35,204 nucleotides of DNA, taken from Pseudomonadota bacterium. GTDB lineage: Bacteria > Desulfobacterota > Desulfarculia > Desulfarculales > JAHJDS01. The position numbers were made by a program, and so were the translations under genes. This document shows positions 34,101 to 35,204 of this stretch, piece after piece (position 1 is the first letter of the stretch; each line of letters starts with the position of its first letter). The notes under the pieces are model-generated. The model was given only the letters and a program-made list of their open reading frames with translations. It searched no databases and was not told the origin of the DNA. The DNA lies in contig JAHJDS010000050.1 of the NCBI GenBank assembly GCA_018812395.1, positions 1-35,204 of the forward strand. The letters run 5' to 3'.

Positions 34101-34243
34101 CCTTCGCCACCCTCCTGACCCTGTACCTGGTGCCCTGCGTCCTGGCCATCAACGACGACTTCCGCCTGATGTTCAAGTGGCTCAAACGGGTGGTCACCCG
34201 CGCCGGCCGCAACGACCGCCACCACGGGGAGCTGCTGGCCTAG
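31115..34243 (+). CDS. RND efflux transporter permease (AcrB/AcrD/AcrF-CzcA superfamily)
   Basis: 1042 aa. The N-terminus is MLARFSVNNPVFVNLLLLLAFALGL. There are two large periplasmic loops and two TM bundles. The conserved LVLGIVVDDAIIVSENV and LCGVVVNDSLVLVDF motifs are present. Confidence 0.95.
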   Translation: MLARFSVNNPVFVNLLLLLAFALGLVFWAATPKEVFPAVALDKVLITTLYKNVVPERIEQVITVPIENAVKGVDGIKKIQSSSRQGLSIILLDVEPGMNLKQVAQDVKSAIDRMPTKLPLETEEPVVVDLETRFNVITVSVVGSVPELVLRKVAEDLADQVEAIKGVSQVLKTGYRDREIWIEVNPHKIYALGLAIDDIVAVVKRRNVNVPAGVIRGRREEFFVRTDSEVNDIGQLLATPIKMGSTGTAVPLSSVATARFTFEDETSFGRINGQRAINLTVQKKIKGDTIRISDAVRKLVADYQKRLPPGIRIEISRDSSVWIKSRLKTMYTNGFWGFLFVCITLFVFLTWRTAIWTALGIPASFMGAIIFMYAAGLTINMLTLFSLILVLGIVVDDAIIVSENVHRHQLMGKSPRDAAIDGANEVTMPVIAAILTTIAAFLPMLMMSGIMGKFMAVIPQVVTFALLASLIEALVILPSHLADFLKPIPPEQRKAKEGRLYPFLRRRYRRGLRIVLRLRYLAVAVAIALAGVMGHVAVTKIPFILFDAKDISAFMINIETPVGTKLAKTGEVVAQIERIVKKLSKKDVNTITTFVGRQIDHKTGASEDGSHLAQVTIETSHFDTEGRRNGFVVMEDVRRRLTGLTGVSRLEVSEIAGGPPVGSPVELRVRGEKFKTLRLIAEEIKAYLRSLPGVVDLKDDFNPGKREIIVRPYLQKALRLGLTADQIALATRTSFGGTKASDIRRGRDEIDIVVKLAQRFRDNPSFVDQIKVKNLKGKLVPFRAVADRIFVRGLSTVKRYERKRAITVTANVNKAVTTSNQVNRLLMAKFADLGKRYPGYDLAFGGEHEEQQESLQSLLAAFLVALLLIFIILGALFRSYSQPFVVLFALPFGFIGVVVGHLVMDITFGILSLLGLVALCGVVVNDSLVLVDFINSSRRRGGGRWMSIIRGGTLRLRPIILTSVTTILGLSTLMFKTTGQAGFLAPMAISLCWGLAFATLLTLYLVPCVLAINDDFRLMFKWLKRVVTRAGRNDRHHGELLA

Positions 34244-34318
34244 GCCGAAATCCCGGGCCGACGTCCGGCGGTCGCCTCTTGCCGCCCGGCCAGGTGAATC
34301 GTCCGGGCCGACCCGGCC

Positions 34319-34348
34319 TTGACAATCTCCCCCTGGCGCTCCTAACAT
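34319..34348 (+). promoter_or_regulatory. Candidate sigma70 promoter upstream of the ECF sigma gene
   Basis: TTGACA (34319..34324), N18, TAACAT (34343..34348), about 39 nt upstream of ATG 34387. Confidence 0.4.
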
Positions 34349-34386
34349 GATATTTGTGCCTCCAGCCACCCCTCCACGGAGCCGCC

Positions 34387-34998
34387 ATGACCGGCGTTTC
34401 CAGCTCCAATTCCCGGGAACCAAACGATCTGGAACTGGTCCAAAGATCACGACGGGGTGACCAGACCGCCTTCGGCGATCTGGTCCGCCGGCACCAGGAC
34501 AAGGTCATGGGCGTCTGCTGGCGGATGCTCAGGGAAACGTCGGCCGCCGAGGACGCGGCCCAGGAGGTCTTTTTGCGCGCCTGGAAAGCCATCGGGAAGT
34601 TCGACGGACGATCGGCTTTTTCCACCTGGCTGTACCGCATCGCCGTCAACTTCTGCCTGACCCAGCGGGGGAAATTGGCCCGCGCCGGGCGGGAATCCTC
34701 CCTGGACGACATGACGCCGGGTCAGCAGCACGAGGTGGTCAGAACTGCCGCCGAACCCAACCCCAGGCCCGACGTCGCCCTGGTACGGAAAAGCGAGGCC
34801 CGGTGCGTCCAGGGGCACGTCGGCCATCTGCCCGACGACTTTCGGGCCGCCTTGATCCTGGTCCATTACCAGGGATTGGCCTACGAGGAGGCGGCCCGGG
34901 TGCTGGGTCTGCCCCCGGGGACGGTCAAGTCCCGGGTTCACCGGGCCCTGGGGCGGCTCAAGGAGAGTTTCAGCCGGTGTTGCCGGGAGGGAATATGA
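34387..34998 (+). CDS. ECF-type RNA polymerase sigma factor (sigma-70 family, group 4)
   Basis: Region 2: DLVRRHQDKVMGVCWRMLRETSAAEDAAQEVFLRAWKAIGKFDGRSAFSTWLYRIAVNFC. Region 4: LPDDFRAALILVHYQGLAYEEAARVLGLPPGTVKSRVHRALGRLKE. ATG 34387 follows GGAG; the track ORF starts at TTG 34354. Confidence 0.9.
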   Translation: MTGVSSSNSREPNDLELVQRSRRGDQTAFGDLVRRHQDKVMGVCWRMLRETSAAEDAAQEVFLRAWKAIGKFDGRSAFSTWLYRIAVNFCLTQRGKLARAGRESSLDDMTPGQQHEVVRTAAEPNPRPDVALVRKSEARCVQGHVGHLPDDFRAALILVHYQGLAYEEAARVLGLPPGTVKSRVHRALGRLKESFSRCCREGI

Positions 34999-35204
34999 CC
35001 TCGCCACCCTGCCCGCAATCAGAGTCGGCCTACGACTTCATCTCCGGACGGATGACCGAGGCCGAGCGGTCCGCCTTTGCCGACCACCTGGCCGGGTGCC
35101 CCCATTGCCGGGCCGAGGTCGAGGCGCTCAGGGTGATGGTCGGGCACCTCGACGTCTGGTCCCCGCCCCAGGTGTCGCCCCGGTTCGCCCCCAAGATCCT
35201 GGCC
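34995..35204 (+). CDS. Anti-sigma factor (zf-HC2 type), N-terminal part; continues past the right window edge
   Basis: Not in the ORF track because it has no stop in the window. ATG 34995 overlaps the sigma gene stop (ATGA). The translation is MTSPPCPQSESAYDFISGRMTEAERSAFADHLAGCPHCRAEVEALRVMVGHL..., with the H-x3-C-x2-C motif. Confidence 0.75.
   Translation, partial: MTSPPCPQSESAYDFISGRMTEAERSAFADHLAGCPHCRAEVEALRVMVGHLDVWSPPQVSPRFAPKILA

Noticed and set aside
29995-34350. ORFs 29995..31254 (-), 31871..33817 (-) and 32119..34350 (+)
   Set aside because: They overlap the RND adaptor and pump genes. The translations are D/G/R/P-rich without TM segments. The pump frame is unambiguous.
1-35204. 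Search for tRNA/rRNA genes, CRISPR arrays, IS/transposase, integrase, toxin-antitoxin or known defence-system genes
   Set aside because: None recognised by eye on either strand. The only element with a mobile-DNA flavour is the small hairpin block at 22895..23063, which has no associated transposase.

Overview
GC-rich (about two-thirds G+C by eye), densely coding bacterial chromosomal segment. I recognised no rRNA, tRNA, CRISPR array, transposase, integrase or phage genes. Many of the longest ORFs in the supplied track are G/P/R-rich shadow frames of real genes on the opposite strand or in another frame. Two real genes run off the window edges and are missing from the track: 1..2235 (-) and 34995..35204 (+). 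Gene order:
- partial receiver-PAS sensor (-)
- addB-addA break-repair helicase-nuclease (-)
- a divergent two-ORF RdgC-like pair, then an E/R-rich coiled-coil protein
- an ACT / greA / hypothetical / nagZ operon
- an isolated FliD-like gene
- a GAF + HDOD pair (-)
- NUDIX + DUF1178
- enoyl-CoA hydratase (-)
- a membrane-anchored coiled-coil protein coupled to a CCA-type nucleotidyltransferase
- a macro-domain protein (-)
- a 4-TM membrane protein
- an AT-rich intergenic block of five consecutive hairpins
- a UDPGP-like / secreted LolA-like / priA chain
- an MTAP-family phosphorylase, then a small ORF
- a Pro-rich lipoprotein (-)
- an RND adaptor + pump
- an ECF sigma plus partial anti-sigma factor.
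The window is mostly housekeeping and I cannot point to a clear novel multi-gene system. The items most worth a second look are:
1. the 169-nt five-hairpin element bounded by 12-nt direct repeats (22895..23063)
2. RdgC apparently split into two overlapping ORFs, divergent from addBA
3. an orphan FliD-like gene behind a sigma28-like promoter
4. a four-Cys PAS domain
5. a candidate leaderless transcript.
All domain calls come from reading the translations by eye. No searches were run.
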